This document shows, piece after piece, positions 44,725-57,284 of a stretch of 64,000 bases of DNA. How positions within the stretch are numbered: the stretch's first letter is position 1; each line of letters begins with the position of its first letter. This DNA is from the human T2T-CHM13v2.0 reference genome, Homo sapiens: the NCBI RefSeq assembly GCF_009914755.1, contig NC_060938.1. One strand, 5' to 3'. The notes under the pieces were generated by a model, which saw only the letters and a program-made list of their open reading frames with translations, had not been told where the DNA came from and made no database searches. A program made the position numbers and the translations under genes.

Positions 44725-47700
44725 CATGTCTAGCGTGACCCTCCTTCCTGGCAGTGACACTGTTGATGTGAACCCCAATTTCACATCTGTCATTTGTAAA
44801 TAGGACCATTTTCCCTTTTCGCTCTCCCTTCCATTCACAGGGCTTTTCATTCTCTCTGTTACTGCCTCCGTTTCAGATATTTACTCACCTTTTTCTCTCT
44901 CACTATGTCTGCCGTGGGCTCCATGAGAGTGCGCCACATAAGATTCCCCCATTAAAAGTCATGAATTGAGTGGCTTTTAGTATACCTGTGGTTGTGCACA
45001 TTCAAATTTAATTCGCAATTCATTGTAGAACGTCTTATCACTCCCGGCCAGAGAAAAACCCTGTAGACATTAGTCACTCCTCATTCTGTCTCAAACCCTC
45101 TCCCTCACCCGCAGCCCTAGGTAGCAACTACCTAGTGCGATCAATCCCATATGCATAGATTACCATATTGTGGACATTTCCTATAAGCGGAATTGCACAA
45201 TAGGGGAGCTGTTATGACTGACATAACACGTAACACAATATTTTCAAGATTCGTCCACATTGTAGGCTTACCCACAGGGGGAAACCATTTTTTTGGGGGC
45301 TTTTAGTAACACCGGTGTTTTCTCCTTCGTTACGTCCTTCTTTCCTTCCTTCCTTCCTTCCTTCCTTCCTGACTTCCTTCTTTCCTTCCCTCCTTCCTCC
45401 TATTTCTCTCTTACTCCTTCTGCCCTCTCTCTTTCCTATGCCTTAGGTGCATCCCACATTCTGCGTTTTTTTGGGGAAATCCTCGACAGGTGCAGGAAAA
45501 TTGTGTTATTGTAACTATTTACCGTTATCTCTCTTTCACGGCTCTCCATCAGTTGTGAACATCTATTGGTTTATCCCAAGTCTCTAAGCATATTTTCATT
45601 AGGTAAACCTGTTTTTCCTTATACAGCTGTTTCTGGAGTATAGGGTCGCATACTCATAAACCCAGTGTAACTCAGAAACGCATCTAATATTCCAGTAAAC
45701 CCATCATAACGTTGAAAAATCGTAAATCAAACCATCATAAGTCACGGTTTGTCCGTGGATATGGGCCTCATCAATTCCATTGTATTCAGTAATGCTGTAC
45801 ACCATTAACAATGGCAGACTGATTGGGAGTGGATATTGATAGCATTATAAAAGTCAGTTATTAGAGGGATACTTCTTTAACCTGACTGAAGAACTGATCT
45901 AATGGCTTTAGTACAGTGCATGATTATGTGCGATGTTTTGAGACAGAGTAGTACATTTGTGAATGAAATTTTATGGCTTTTTTTTTCACTTAGTAGGAAC
46001 CATTGTGTGTGGAAAAGTGAGAAAATGGCTTTCTGCTGTAGGGTCTGGCATTCATTGTAGATGTAAGCTTATTTTTCTGTGAGCAAATCTTATTCAATAA
46101 AATACTACTCTTTATACTAAAAAACAAAAACAGTGGTGATGTGTGGTCATTATCCTCAGCAAACTTATCCAGGGAAAGAAAACCAAACGCCACAACTCAC
46201 TTATAATGGGAGCTGAAAAATGAGATCCCATGGACACAGGAAGGGGAACAACACACACTGGGGCCTTCCGGGAGACAGAGCGTTAAGAAAAACAGCTACT
46301 GCATGCTGGGATTAATACCTAGGTGATGGGTTGACAGGTGCAGCAAACCACCATGGCACACGTTTACCTTAGTAACAAATCTGCACATCATGCACATATA
46401 CCCCAGAACTTAGGAACGAAACGAAACAAAAGACAACGAAAAAGCAACAGCAAAACGCTAAAGGCAAAATAAAGTTTCAAACTGAGAAAGTGACAGACCA
46501 ACGTCTGGTTCAAATCATGGTTCTCAACCCAGGTGCCATAAGGTCAGGATAAAGGATGTGATTACATATTGTCAATAAGACATGCAGCAAATGACCAGAA
46601 TGATTATTCTCAACATATGAGTGTCTTCTAATTCAATGGCGACGCTATCTACCGGGACATAGCATTAGATTCCAAAGGGCCGAGTCCCGCCAGACAGGCC
46701 TCCCACACTAATAACAATGGGAAGCCCTACGTTGCTTTACCTGTGCTTCTCAGCCACTGGCTATAAATCAGGTTGCCACCACTCCCAGATTTAGTTGCAT
46801 TCATTTGCTGGAAGAGCTCACAGCACGCAGGGAAACACATTTGCCGTTGTATTTTAGCGGACATTGCACAAAGTTCAGAAATAAATGTGGGGCCCGGCAT
46901 GTGGGGAGGGGCGCACTACCTTCCAGGAAGTGCTATCCAGAAGCTCTCTGAACCCAGTCCTTTTGGGTTTTGATGGAGACCTCATTCTATAGGCATGATG
47001 GGTTAAACCATAGGCTATTGGTGATCAACTCCACCTGGGGCTCTCCACCCTCCCTGGAAATTGGGGTTGAGGCTTTGCCATCCTCAGTCTGACTAAAAGA
47101 ATTTACCCAAACGGAATTTTAAAACCGATGAGCATAACTGGAATCTTAATTAGATGATTGGATTATCTGGAGCCACACCTTGATATTCCTAACCCGAGCA
47201 CCCTCATCCAACGAATGCTCCACCCAACTGGCTCCCAAGTCTCTACGTGGTTCCAGAGCAAAAGGATGTTGATACAACGCATATCTCCACCTTTTCTTCA
47301 AAGTCTTTACGCTTACACGGAAAGACTTCTTCAACTGCCATGCATCAGGGTCAGGGGGAGGTCTTGTTACAACACAGATCTGCGGATCTCCGGGGTTTGA
47401 CTGTGGCAAGGATGCTGCTGGTGTCAAAACCACAACGTGGGAACCACAGAACCACTAGTGGGTTTTCAGTGTTTCAGTGCATACAATTCCTAATATATCT
47501 GGCTAAGAAAACTTGTAAGTTCTTAGATTGTCCCAAAGGTGGCGCATGAAATCAAAGCAGGAGAACAGTTTCCTTACGAGGTGTAGCCTGGGAAAGTTGG
47601 GGGTGACTGATGGAAAGGAGGAGTGAAGCTCCACCCTTTCCGCTGCTAGGCTGCGGCCGAGGCAATTTAAACCCACCCTGGCTGGCCTGTACTCAGATCT

Positions 47701-47820
47701 TCGCGGAGCGGATCAGCGGCCGGAGCGTTTGGCGGACTCTGCGTGGACTTGGAGCTCACAGAGTCTTGCGACTTGGAAGCGGATTCAGAGGACAGGACAG
47801 AACACTTGGACAAGTGAATC

Positions 47821-47851
<31 letters not shown>

Positions 47852-48022
47852 CATTGGTTGGTTGATTTCCATTTTCTTAAGGGGCACATACCTCACACCG
47901 CACACACACAAACACACACACGCACACACACACACACACACGCACACACACGCACACACACTCCTTCCTTCTGCGAGTTAGAACGTTAGTAGGGGCCCCT
48001 GGGAGCTGCAGGTTTCCTAAAC

Positions 48023-51004
48023 ATGTCTGCACCTAAGAACAGTAGGGTCTTGTCTGGCTCTTCTTATGAACGGTCCCCCAGCCCGGACTCCCCAAGGTCC
48101 ATGCGAGCCTCACCCAGCTTCTCCCTCTCCCCTCTCAGAAACTCAGGCTTAAGGGGAAGCTCCTCACCAGGGATCGGGAGCTACCATTCACCATCCCCTA
48201 GGGCTTCACCACACTCACCTCTGTCATCACCAGAATCCCACAAGCTCCCATTTCCCTGTCCTCACCGTGATGGGCAATCAATAAAGCCATTGGGCTCTCC
48301 CGTGTCCTCCTCTGAGGAATCCTCAGAGTCCCCACGTTCATCAATAATATACCACATGTTCTTACTGCCATCACCCAGCAGCTCACCCCCAGCTCTCGGG
48401 GGGTCTCCTGTGTCTCCCAGCTACTCTCCAAACAACCCCAGATTTCAGCTGCGGTCAGCCCCCCACACCAAGGAATCACCTACAAACTCACGAGCCTCAC
48501 TTTTCTCCACCCCTGTGTCTTTCATCTCTTCACCCCCAGGCCTCAGGGACCCTCCTGTGGCTCCCAGTTACTCTCCAGCCATCCCCAGGTTCCTGCGCGA
48601 GTCAGCCCCATACACCCAGGAGTCCCCCAGAGACTCACAGGTCTTGGGAGATTATGAGCGGTCCCTCAGCCCTGACTCCTCAAGATTCATGCCTGCCTCA
48701 CCCAGCTTCTCCCTCTCCCCTCCCAGAAACTCAGACCCAAGGGGCAGCTCCTCACCAGGGATGTGGAAGTTCTCTACGTCATCCCGCAGGGCTTCACCAC
48801 TCTCACATCCGTCATCAACAGAATTCCACAACTTTACGTTTCCCTTTCCTAACCAAGCAGGACAGTCACTCATGTCATTGTGTTCTCCCGTGACCTCCTC
48901 TGGAGATTCTTCACAGTCACCTCATTCATCAATAATATACCATATGTTCTTACTGCCATCATCCAGCAGCTCACCCCCTGCCACCCATGACTCTCCTGTC
49001 TGTCCCAGCTACTCTCCAACTACGCCCAGATTTCAGCGGGAGTCTGTACCCCACACCCCAGAAACACCTACAAACTCACAGACCTCAGTGAGATCCTCGC
49101 CAGTCTCTCTCACGTCTTCACCCCCAGCCCTTACGGACCCTCCAGTCTGTCCCAGCTACTCTCCAACCACGCCCACATTTCAGCGCGGGTCAGTTCCAGG
49201 AACCCAGGGATCACCACCAAGCCCACCGCTTTCACTGAGTTACTCCCCAGTCTCTAGCACGTCTTTATCTCCAACCCTCAGGGACTCGCCTGTCTGTCCC
49301 AGCTACTCTCCAAACACGCCCACACTTCAGCGGCAGTCCGTTGCAGGCACCCAGAAGTCACCACCAAACTCACCAATTTCACTGCGTTACTCCCCAGTCT
49401 CTCTCATGTCTTCACCATCCCTCAGGGACTCTCCCGTCTGTCCCAGCTACTCTCCAACCACGCCCACATTTCAGCTGGAGTCAGTTCCAGGCACCCCGGA
49501 ATCACCACCAAACTCACCAATTTCACTCAGTTACTCCCCAGTCTCTAGCACGTCTTTATCTCTAACCCTCAGGGACTCTCCTGTGTGTCCCAGCTACTCT
49601 CCAACCACGCCCACACTTCAGCGGGAGTCAGTTCCAGGCACCCAGGAATCACCACCAAACTCACCAATTTCACTCAATTACTCTCCAGTCTCTCTCGTGT
49701 CTTCACCAGCCCTCAGGGACTCTCCTGTCTGTCCCAGCTACTCTACAACCACGCCCACATTTCAGCTGGAGTCAGTTCGAGGCACCCCGGAGTCACCACC
49801 AAACTCACCAGTTTCACTCACTTACTCCTCGGTCTCTCTCATGTCTTCACCCCCAGCCCTCAGGGACTCTCCTGTGCGTCCCAGCTACTCTCCAACCATG
49901 CCCAGATTCCAGCGGGAGTCAGTTCCAGGCACCCATGTATCACCACCAAACTCAGCAGTTTCACTGAGTTACTCCCCAGTCTCTCTCATGTCTTCACCCC
50001 CAGACCCCTGGGACTCTCCTGTCTGTCCCAGCTACTCTCCCACCACGCCCAGATTTCAGCGGCAGTCAGCCTCCCACACTCCGGAATCAGATACAGACTC
50101 ACAGACTTCACTGAACTCCTCCCTGGTCTCTCTCAGGTCTTTGCCCTCATCCCACAGGGACTCTTGTGTCTCTTTCAGCTACTCTCAAAACTTCTCTAGA
50201 TTCCAGCTGGAGTCAGTTCCAGGCACCCACGATACACCACCGAACTCACGAATTTCACTGACTTACGCCCCAGTCTCCCTCATGTTCTCACCCCCAGCCC
50301 TCAGGGACTCTTCTGTCTCTCTCAGCTACTCTCCAACCATCTCCAGATTTCACCTGGAGTCAGCTTCCCACACCCTGGAATCACCTGCAAACTCACGGAC
50401 CTTACTGCAACCATCCCCCATTTCTTTCACCTCTTCACCCCCTGCCTTCAGGGACTCTCCTGGGTCTCCCAGCTTCTCTCCAGCCTTCCCCAGATTTCTG
50501 CCACAGTCAGCCCCAGGCACCCAGGACAACCCTAGACACTCACAGGCCTCACCAGACTATCTCCCTATGACCTGTACCTATACAGGGATGGCTCCCACGC
50601 ATCCCTCAGTGACCCCAAACCCATCTCCACTTACACTCAGGCACTCCCAGGGCCTGACAGCTACTCCCCGTTATTGTCCTTCAGTTCGAAGCCCTGGCCA
50701 ATCTACTAGCCCACATGACGCAGTTACCTGGCCATTTCTCCACGGTTCCCGGGAGGGCCCCACACCCAGCCGCACAAGAGCCCCTCCTGCATTCCGTCCT
50801 CACACGCAGGCCTGTCCATCTACTTGCTACTGTCACACTCTTGCCAGCAGAAGAGGCCCCTGTAATGGCCGATATCACCACCCAGTCTATCCTCACCCCA
50901 CAGCTGTGCAGCGGGAACCCCCTGCTGGCCCACGTGGCTGCCACAGCCCATGCTGGCACGACGCTCCAGCAGGTCGGCGTCCCTGCGGGCCAAACTACCG
51001 GTGA
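48023..51004 (+). CDS. CTD-heptad-like Ser/Pro-rich repeat protein, 993 aa, unit 8
   Basis: Intact ORF; unit-3 type. Confidence 0.55.
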   Translation: MSAPKNSRVLSGSSYERSPSPDSPRSMRASPSFSLSPLRNSGLRGSSSPGIGSYHSPSPRASPHSPLSSPESHKLPFPCPHRDGQSIKPLGSPVSSSEESSESPRSSIIYHMFLLPSPSSSPPALGGSPVSPSYSPNNPRFQLRSAPHTKESPTNSRASLFSTPVSFISSPPGLRDPPVAPSYSPAIPRFLRESAPYTQESPRDSQVLGDYERSLSPDSSRFMPASPSFSLSPPRNSDPRGSSSPGMWKFSTSSRRASPLSHPSSTEFHNFTFPFPNQAGQSLMSLCSPVTSSGDSSQSPHSSIIYHMFLLPSSSSSPPATHDSPVCPSYSPTTPRFQRESVPHTPETPTNSQTSVRSSPVSLTSSPPALTDPPVCPSYSPTTPTFQRGSVPGTQGSPPSPPLSLSYSPVSSTSLSPTLRDSPVCPSYSPNTPTLQRQSVAGTQKSPPNSPISLRYSPVSLMSSPSLRDSPVCPSYSPTTPTFQLESVPGTPESPPNSPISLSYSPVSSTSLSLTLRDSPVCPSYSPTTPTLQRESVPGTQESPPNSPISLNYSPVSLVSSPALRDSPVCPSYSTTTPTFQLESVRGTPESPPNSPVSLTYSSVSLMSSPPALRDSPVRPSYSPTMPRFQRESVPGTHVSPPNSAVSLSYSPVSLMSSPPDPWDSPVCPSYSPTTPRFQRQSASHTPESDTDSQTSLNSSLVSLRSLPSSHRDSCVSFSYSQNFSRFQLESVPGTHDTPPNSRISLTYAPVSLMFSPPALRDSSVSLSYSPTISRFHLESASHTLESPANSRTLLQPSPISFTSSPPAFRDSPGSPSFSPAFPRFLPQSAPGTQDNPRHSQASPDYLPMTCTYTGMAPTHPSVTPNPSPLTLRHSQGLTATPRYCPSVRSPGQSTSPHDAVTWPFLHGSREGPTPSRTRAPPAFRPHTQACPSTCYCHTLASRRGPCNGRYHHPVYPHPTAVQREPPAGPRGCHSPCWHDAPAGRRPCGPNYR

Positions 51005-54000
51005 CATGTCTAGCGTCACCCTCCTTCCTGGCAGTGACACTGTTGATGTGAACCCCAATTTCACATCTGTCATTTGTAAATAGGACCATTTTCCCTTTTC
51101 GCTCTCCCTTCCATTCACAGGGCTTTTCATTCTCTCTGTTACTGCCTCCGTTTCAGATATTTACTCACCTTTTTCTCTCTCACTATGTCTGCCGTGGGCT
51201 CCATGAGAGTGCGCCACATAAGATTCCCCCATTAAAAGTCATGAATTGAGTGGCTTTTAGTATACCTGTGGTTGTGCACATTCAAATTTAATTCGCAATT
51301 CATTGTAGAACGTCTTATCACTCCCGGCCAGAGAAAAACCCTGTAGACATTAGTCACTCCTCATTCTGTCTCAAACCCTCTCCCTCACCCGCAGCCCTAG
51401 GTAGCAACTACCTAGTGCGATCAATCCCATATGCATAGATTACCATATTGTGGACATTTCCTATAAGCGGAATTGCACAATAGGGGAGCTGTTATGACTG
51501 ACATAACACGTAACACAATATTTTCAAGATTCGTCCACATTGTAGGCTTACCCACAGGGGGAAACCATTTTTTTGGGGGCTTTTAGTAACACCGGTGTTT
51601 TCTCCTTCGTTACGTCCTTCTTTCCTTCCTTCCTTCCTTCCTTCCTTCCTGACTTCCTTCTTTCCTTCCCTCCTTCCTCCTATTTCTCTCTTACTCCTTC
51701 TGCCCTCTCTCTTTCCTATGCCTTAGGTGCATCCCACATTCTGCGTTTTTTTGGGGAAATCCTCGACAGGTGCAGGAAAATTGTGTTATTGTAACTATTT
51801 ACCGTTATCTCTCTTTCACGGCTCTCCATCAGTTGTGAACATCTATTGGTTTATCCCAAGTCTCTAAGCATATTTTCATTAGGTAAACCTGTTTTTCCTT
51901 ATACAGCTGTTTCTGGAGTATAGGGTCGCATACTCATAAACCCAGTGTAACTCAGAAACGCATCTAATATTCCAGTAAACCCATCATAACGTTGAAAAAT
52001 CGTAAATCAAACCATCATAAGTCACGGTTTGTCCGTGGATATGGGCCTCATCAATTCCATTGTATTCAGTAATGCTGTACACCATTAACAATGGCAGACT
52101 GATTGGGAGTGGATATTGATAGCATTATAAAAGTCAGTTATTAGAGGGATACTTCTTTAACCTGACTGAAGAACTGATCTAATGGCTTTAGTACAGTGCA
52201 TGATTATGTGCGATGTTTTGAGACAGAGTAGTACATTTGTGAATGAAATTTTATGGCTTTTTTTTTCACTTAGTAGGAACCATTGTGTGTGGAAAAGTGA
52301 GAAAATGGCTTTCTGCTGTAGGGTCTGGCATTCATTGTAGATGTAAGCTTATTTTTCTGTGAGCAAATCTTATTCAATAAAATACTACTCTTTATACTAA
52401 AAAACAAAAACAGTGGTGATGTGTGGTCATTATCCTCAGCAAACTTATCCAGGGAAAGAAAACCAAACGCCACAACTCACTTATAATGGGAGCTGAAAAA
52501 TGAGATCCCATGGACACAGGAAGGGGAACAACACACACTGGGGCCTTCCGGGAGACAGAGCGTTAAGAAAAACAGCTACTGCATGCTGGGATTAATACCT
52601 AGGTGATGGGTTGACAGGTGCAGCAAACCACCATGGCACACGTTTACCTTAGTAACAAATCTGCACATCATGCACATATACCCCAGAACTTAGGAACGAA
52701 ACGAAACAAAAGACAACGAAAAAGCAACAGCAAAACGCTAAAGGCAAAATAAAGTTTCAAACTGAGAAAGTGACAGACCAACGTCTGGTTCAAATCATGG
52801 TTCTCAACCCAGGTGCCATAAGGTCAGGATAAAGGATGTGATTACATATTGTCAATAAGACATGCAGCAAATGACCAGAATGATTATTCTCAACATATGA
52901 GTGTCTTCTAATTCAATGGCGACGCTATCTACCGGGACATAGCATTAGATTCCAAAGGGCCGAGTCCCGCCAGACAGGCCTCCCACACTAATAACAATGG
53001 GAAGCCCTACGTTGCTTTACCTGTGCTTCTCAGCCACTGGCTATAAATCAGGTTGCCACCACTCCCAGATTTAGTTGCATTCATTTGCTGGAAGAGCTCA
53101 CAGCACGCAGGGAAACACATTTGCCGTTGTATTTTAGCGGACATTGCACAAAGTTCAGAAATAAATGTGGGGCCCGGCATGTGGGGAGGGGCGCACTACC
53201 TTCCAGGAAGTGCTATCCAGAAGCTCTCTGAACCCAGTCCTTTTGGGTTTTGATGGAGACCTCATTCTATAGGCATGATGGGTTAAACCATAGGCTATTG
53301 GTGATCAACTCCACCTGGGGCTCTCCACCCTCCCTGGAAATTGGGGTTGAGGCTTTGCCATCCTCAGTCTGACTAAAAGAATTTACCCAAACGGAATTTT
53401 AAAACCGATGAGCATAACTGGAATCTTAATTAGATGATTGGATTATCTGGAGCCACACCTTGATATTCCTAACCCGAGCACCCTCATCCAACGAATGCTC
53501 CACCCAACTGGCTCCCAAGTCTCTACGTGGTTCCAGAGCAAAAGGATGTTGATACAACGCATATCTCCACCTTTTCTTCAAAGTCTTTACGCTTACACGG
53601 AAAGACTTCTTCAACTGCCATGCATCAGGGTCAGGGGGAGGTCTTGTTACAACACAGATCTGCGGATCTCCGGGGTTTGACTGTGGCAAGGATGCTGCTG
53701 GTGTCAAAACCACAACGTGGGAACCACAGAACCACTAGTGGGTTTTCAGTGTTTCAGTGCATACAATTCCTAATATATCTGGCTAAGAAAACTTGTAAGT
53801 TCTTAGATTGTCCCAAAGGTGGCGCATGAAATCAAAGCAGGAGAACAGTTTCCTTACGAGGTGTAGCCTGGGAAAGTTGGGGGTGACTGATGGAAAGGAG
53901 GAGTGAAGCTCCACCCTTTCCGCTGCTAGGCTGCGGCCGAGGCAATTTAAACCCACCCTGGCTGGCCTGTACTCAGATCTTCGCGGAGCGGATCAGCGGC

Positions 54001-54100
54001 CGGAGCGTTTGGCGGACTCTGCGTGGACTTGGAGCTCACAGAGTCTTGCGACTTGGAAGCGGATTCAGAGGACAGGACAGAACACTTGGACAAGTGAATC

Positions 54101-54131
<31 letters not shown>

Positions 54132-54302
54132 CATTGGTTGGTTGATTTCCATTTTCTTAAGGGGCACATACCTCACACCGCACACACACAAACACACACA
54201 CGCACACACACACACACACACGCACACACACGCACACACACTCCTTCCTTCTGCGAGTTAGAACGTTAGTAGGGGCCCCTGGGAGCTGCAGGTTTCCTAA
54301 AC

Positions 54303-57284
54303 ATGTCTGCACCTAAGAACAGTAGGGTCTTGTCTGGCTCTTCTTATGAACGGTCCCCCAGCCCGGACTCCCCAAGGTCCATGCGAGCCTCACCCAGCTT
54401 CTCCCTCTCCCCTCTCAGAAACTCAGGCTTAAGGGGAAGCTCCTCACCAGGGATCGGGAGCTACCATTCACCATCCCCTAGGGCTTCACCACACTCACCT
54501 CTGTCATCACCAGAATCCCACAAGCTCCCATTTCCCTGTCCTCACCGTGATGGGCAATCAATAAAGCCATTGGGCTCTCCCGTGTCCTCCTCTGAGGAAT
54601 CCTCAGAGTCCCCACGTTCATCAATAATATACCACATGTTCTTACTGCCATCACCCAGCAGCTCACCCCCAGCTCTCGGGGGGTCTCCTGTGTCTCCCAG
54701 CTACTCTCCAAACAACCCCAGATTTCAGCTGCGGTCAGCCCCCCACACCAAGGAATCACCTACAAACTCACGAGCCTCACGCTGCTCCACCCCTGTGTCT
54801 TTCATCTCTTCACCCCCAGGCCTCAGGGACCCTCCTGTGGCTCCCAGTTACTCTCCAGCCATCCCCAGGTTCCTGCGGGAGTCAGCCCCATACACCCAGG
54901 AGTCCCCCAGAGACTCACAGGTCTTGGGAGATTATGAGCGGTCCCTCAGCCCTGACTCCTCAAGATTCATGCCTGCCTCACCCAGCTTCTCCCTCTCCCC
55001 TCCCAGAAACTCAGACCCAAGGGGCAGCTCCTCACCAGGGATGTGGAAGTCCTCTACATCATCCCGCAGGGCTTCACCACTCTCACATCCGTCATCAACA
55101 GAATTCCACAACTTTACGTTTCCCTTTCCTAACCAAGCAGGACAGTCACTCATGTCATTGTGTTCTCCCGTGACCTCCTCTGGAGATTCTTCACAGTCAC
55201 CTCATTCATCAATAATATACCATATGTTCTTACTGCCATCATCCAGCAGCTCACCCCCAGCCACCCATGACTCTCCTGTCTGTCCCAGCTACTCTCCAAC
55301 TACGCCCAGATTTCAGCGGGAGTCTCTACCCCACACCCCAGAAACACCTACAAACTCACAGACCTCAGTGAGATCCTCGCCAGTCTCTCTCACGTCTTCA
55401 CCCCCAGCCCTTACGGACCCTCCAGTCTGTCCCAGCTACTCTCCAACCACGCCCACATTTCAGCGCGGGTCAGTTCCAGGAACCCAGGGATCACCACCAA
55501 GCCCACCGCTTTCACTGAGTTACTCCCCAGTCTCTAGCACGTCTTTATCTCCAACCCTCAGGGACTCGCCTGTCTGTCCCAGCTACTCTCCAAACACGCC
55601 CACACTTCAGCGGCAGTCCGTTGCAGGCACCCAGAAGTCACCACCAAACTCACCAATTTCACTGCGTTACTCCCCAGTCTCTCTCATGTCTTCACCATCC
55701 CTCAGGGACTCTCCCGTCTGTCCCAGCTACTCTCCAACCACGCCCACATTTCAGCTGGAGTCAGTTCCAGGCACCCCGGAATCACCACCAAACTCACCAA
55801 TTTCACTCAGTTACTCCTCAGTCTCTACCACGTCTTTATCTCCAACCCTCAGGGACTCTCCTGTGTGTCCCAGCTACTCTCCAACCATGCCCACACTTCA
55901 GCGGGAGTCAGTTCCAGGCACCCAGGAATCACCACCAAACTCACCAATTTCACTCAATTACTCTCCAGTCTCTCTCGTGTCTTCACCAGCCCTCAGGGAC
56001 TCTCCTGTCTGTCCCAGCTACTCTACAACCACGCCCACATTTCAGCTGGAGTCAGTTCCAGGCACCCCGGAGTCACCACCAAACTCACCAGTTTCACTCA
56101 GTTACTCCCCGGTCTCTCTCATGTCATCACCCCCAGCCCTCAGGGACTCTCCTGTGTGTCCCAGCTACTCTCCAACCATGCCCAGATTCCAGCGGGAGTC
56201 AGTTCCAGGCACCCATGTATCACCACCAAACTCAGCAGTTTCACTGAGTTACTCCCCAGTCTCTCTCATGTCTTCACCCCCAGACCCCTGGGACTCTCCT
56301 GTCTGTCCCAGCTACTCTCCCACCACGCCCAGATTTCAGCGGGAGTCAGCCTCCCACACTCCGGAATCAGATACAGACTCACAGACTTCACTGAACTCCT
56401 CCCTGGTCTCTCTCAGGTCTTTGCCCTCATCCCACAGGGACTCTTGTGTCTCTTTCAGCTACTCTCAAAACTTCTCTAGATTCCAGCTGGAGTCAGTTCC
56501 AGGCACCCACGATACACCACCGAACTCACGAATTTCACTGACTTACGCCCCAGTCTCCCTCATGTTCTCACCCCCAGCCCTCAGGGACTCTTCTGTCTCT
56601 CTCAGCTACTCTCCAACCATCTCCAGATTTCACCTGGAGTCAGCTTCCCACACCCTGGAATCACCTGCAAACTCACGGACCTTACTGCAACCATCCCCCA
56701 TTTCTTTCACCTCTTCACCCCCTGCCTTCAGGGACTCTCCTGGGTCTCCCAGCTTCTCTCCAGCCTTCCCCAGATTTCTGCCACAGTCAGCCCCAGGCAC
56801 CCAGGACAACCCTAGACACTCACAGGCCTCACCAGACTATCTCCCTATGACCTGTACCTATACAGGGATGGCTCCCACGCATCCCTCAGTGACCCCAAAC
56901 CCATCTCCACTTACACTCAGGCACTCCCAGGGCCTGACAGCTACTCCCCGTTATTGTCCTTCAGTTCGAAGCCCTGGCCAATCTACTAGCCCACATGACG
57001 CAGTTACCTGGCCATTTCTCCACGGTTCCCGGGAGGGCCCCACACCCAGCCGCACAAGAGCCCCTCCTGCATTCCGTCCTCACACGCAGGCCTGTCCATC
57101 TACTTGCTACTGTCACACTCTTGCCAGCAGAAGAGGCCCCTGTAATGGCCGATATCACCACCCAGTCTATCCTCACCCCACAGCTGTGCAGCGGGAACCC
57201 CCTGCTGGCCCACGTGGCTGCCACAGCCCATGCTGGCACGACGCTCCAGCAGGTCGGCGTCCCTGCGGGCCAAACTACCGGTGA
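54303..57284 (+). CDS. CTD-heptad-like Ser/Pro-rich repeat protein, 993 aa, unit 9
   Basis: Intact ORF; unit-5 type. Confidence 0.55.
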   Translation: MSAPKNSRVLSGSSYERSPSPDSPRSMRASPSFSLSPLRNSGLRGSSSPGIGSYHSPSPRASPHSPLSSPESHKLPFPCPHRDGQSIKPLGSPVSSSEESSESPRSSIIYHMFLLPSPSSSPPALGGSPVSPSYSPNNPRFQLRSAPHTKESPTNSRASRCSTPVSFISSPPGLRDPPVAPSYSPAIPRFLRESAPYTQESPRDSQVLGDYERSLSPDSSRFMPASPSFSLSPPRNSDPRGSSSPGMWKSSTSSRRASPLSHPSSTEFHNFTFPFPNQAGQSLMSLCSPVTSSGDSSQSPHSSIIYHMFLLPSSSSSPPATHDSPVCPSYSPTTPRFQRESLPHTPETPTNSQTSVRSSPVSLTSSPPALTDPPVCPSYSPTTPTFQRGSVPGTQGSPPSPPLSLSYSPVSSTSLSPTLRDSPVCPSYSPNTPTLQRQSVAGTQKSPPNSPISLRYSPVSLMSSPSLRDSPVCPSYSPTTPTFQLESVPGTPESPPNSPISLSYSSVSTTSLSPTLRDSPVCPSYSPTMPTLQRESVPGTQESPPNSPISLNYSPVSLVSSPALRDSPVCPSYSTTTPTFQLESVPGTPESPPNSPVSLSYSPVSLMSSPPALRDSPVCPSYSPTMPRFQRESVPGTHVSPPNSAVSLSYSPVSLMSSPPDPWDSPVCPSYSPTTPRFQRESASHTPESDTDSQTSLNSSLVSLRSLPSSHRDSCVSFSYSQNFSRFQLESVPGTHDTPPNSRISLTYAPVSLMFSPPALRDSSVSLSYSPTISRFHLESASHTLESPANSRTLLQPSPISFTSSPPAFRDSPGSPSFSPAFPRFLPQSAPGTQDNPRHSQASPDYLPMTCTYTGMAPTHPSVTPNPSPLTLRHSQGLTATPRYCPSVRSPGQSTSPHDAVTWPFLHGSREGPTPSRTRAPPAFRPHTQACPSTCYCHTLASRRGPCNGRYHHPVYPHPTAVQREPPAGPRGCHSPCWHDAPAGRRPCGPNYR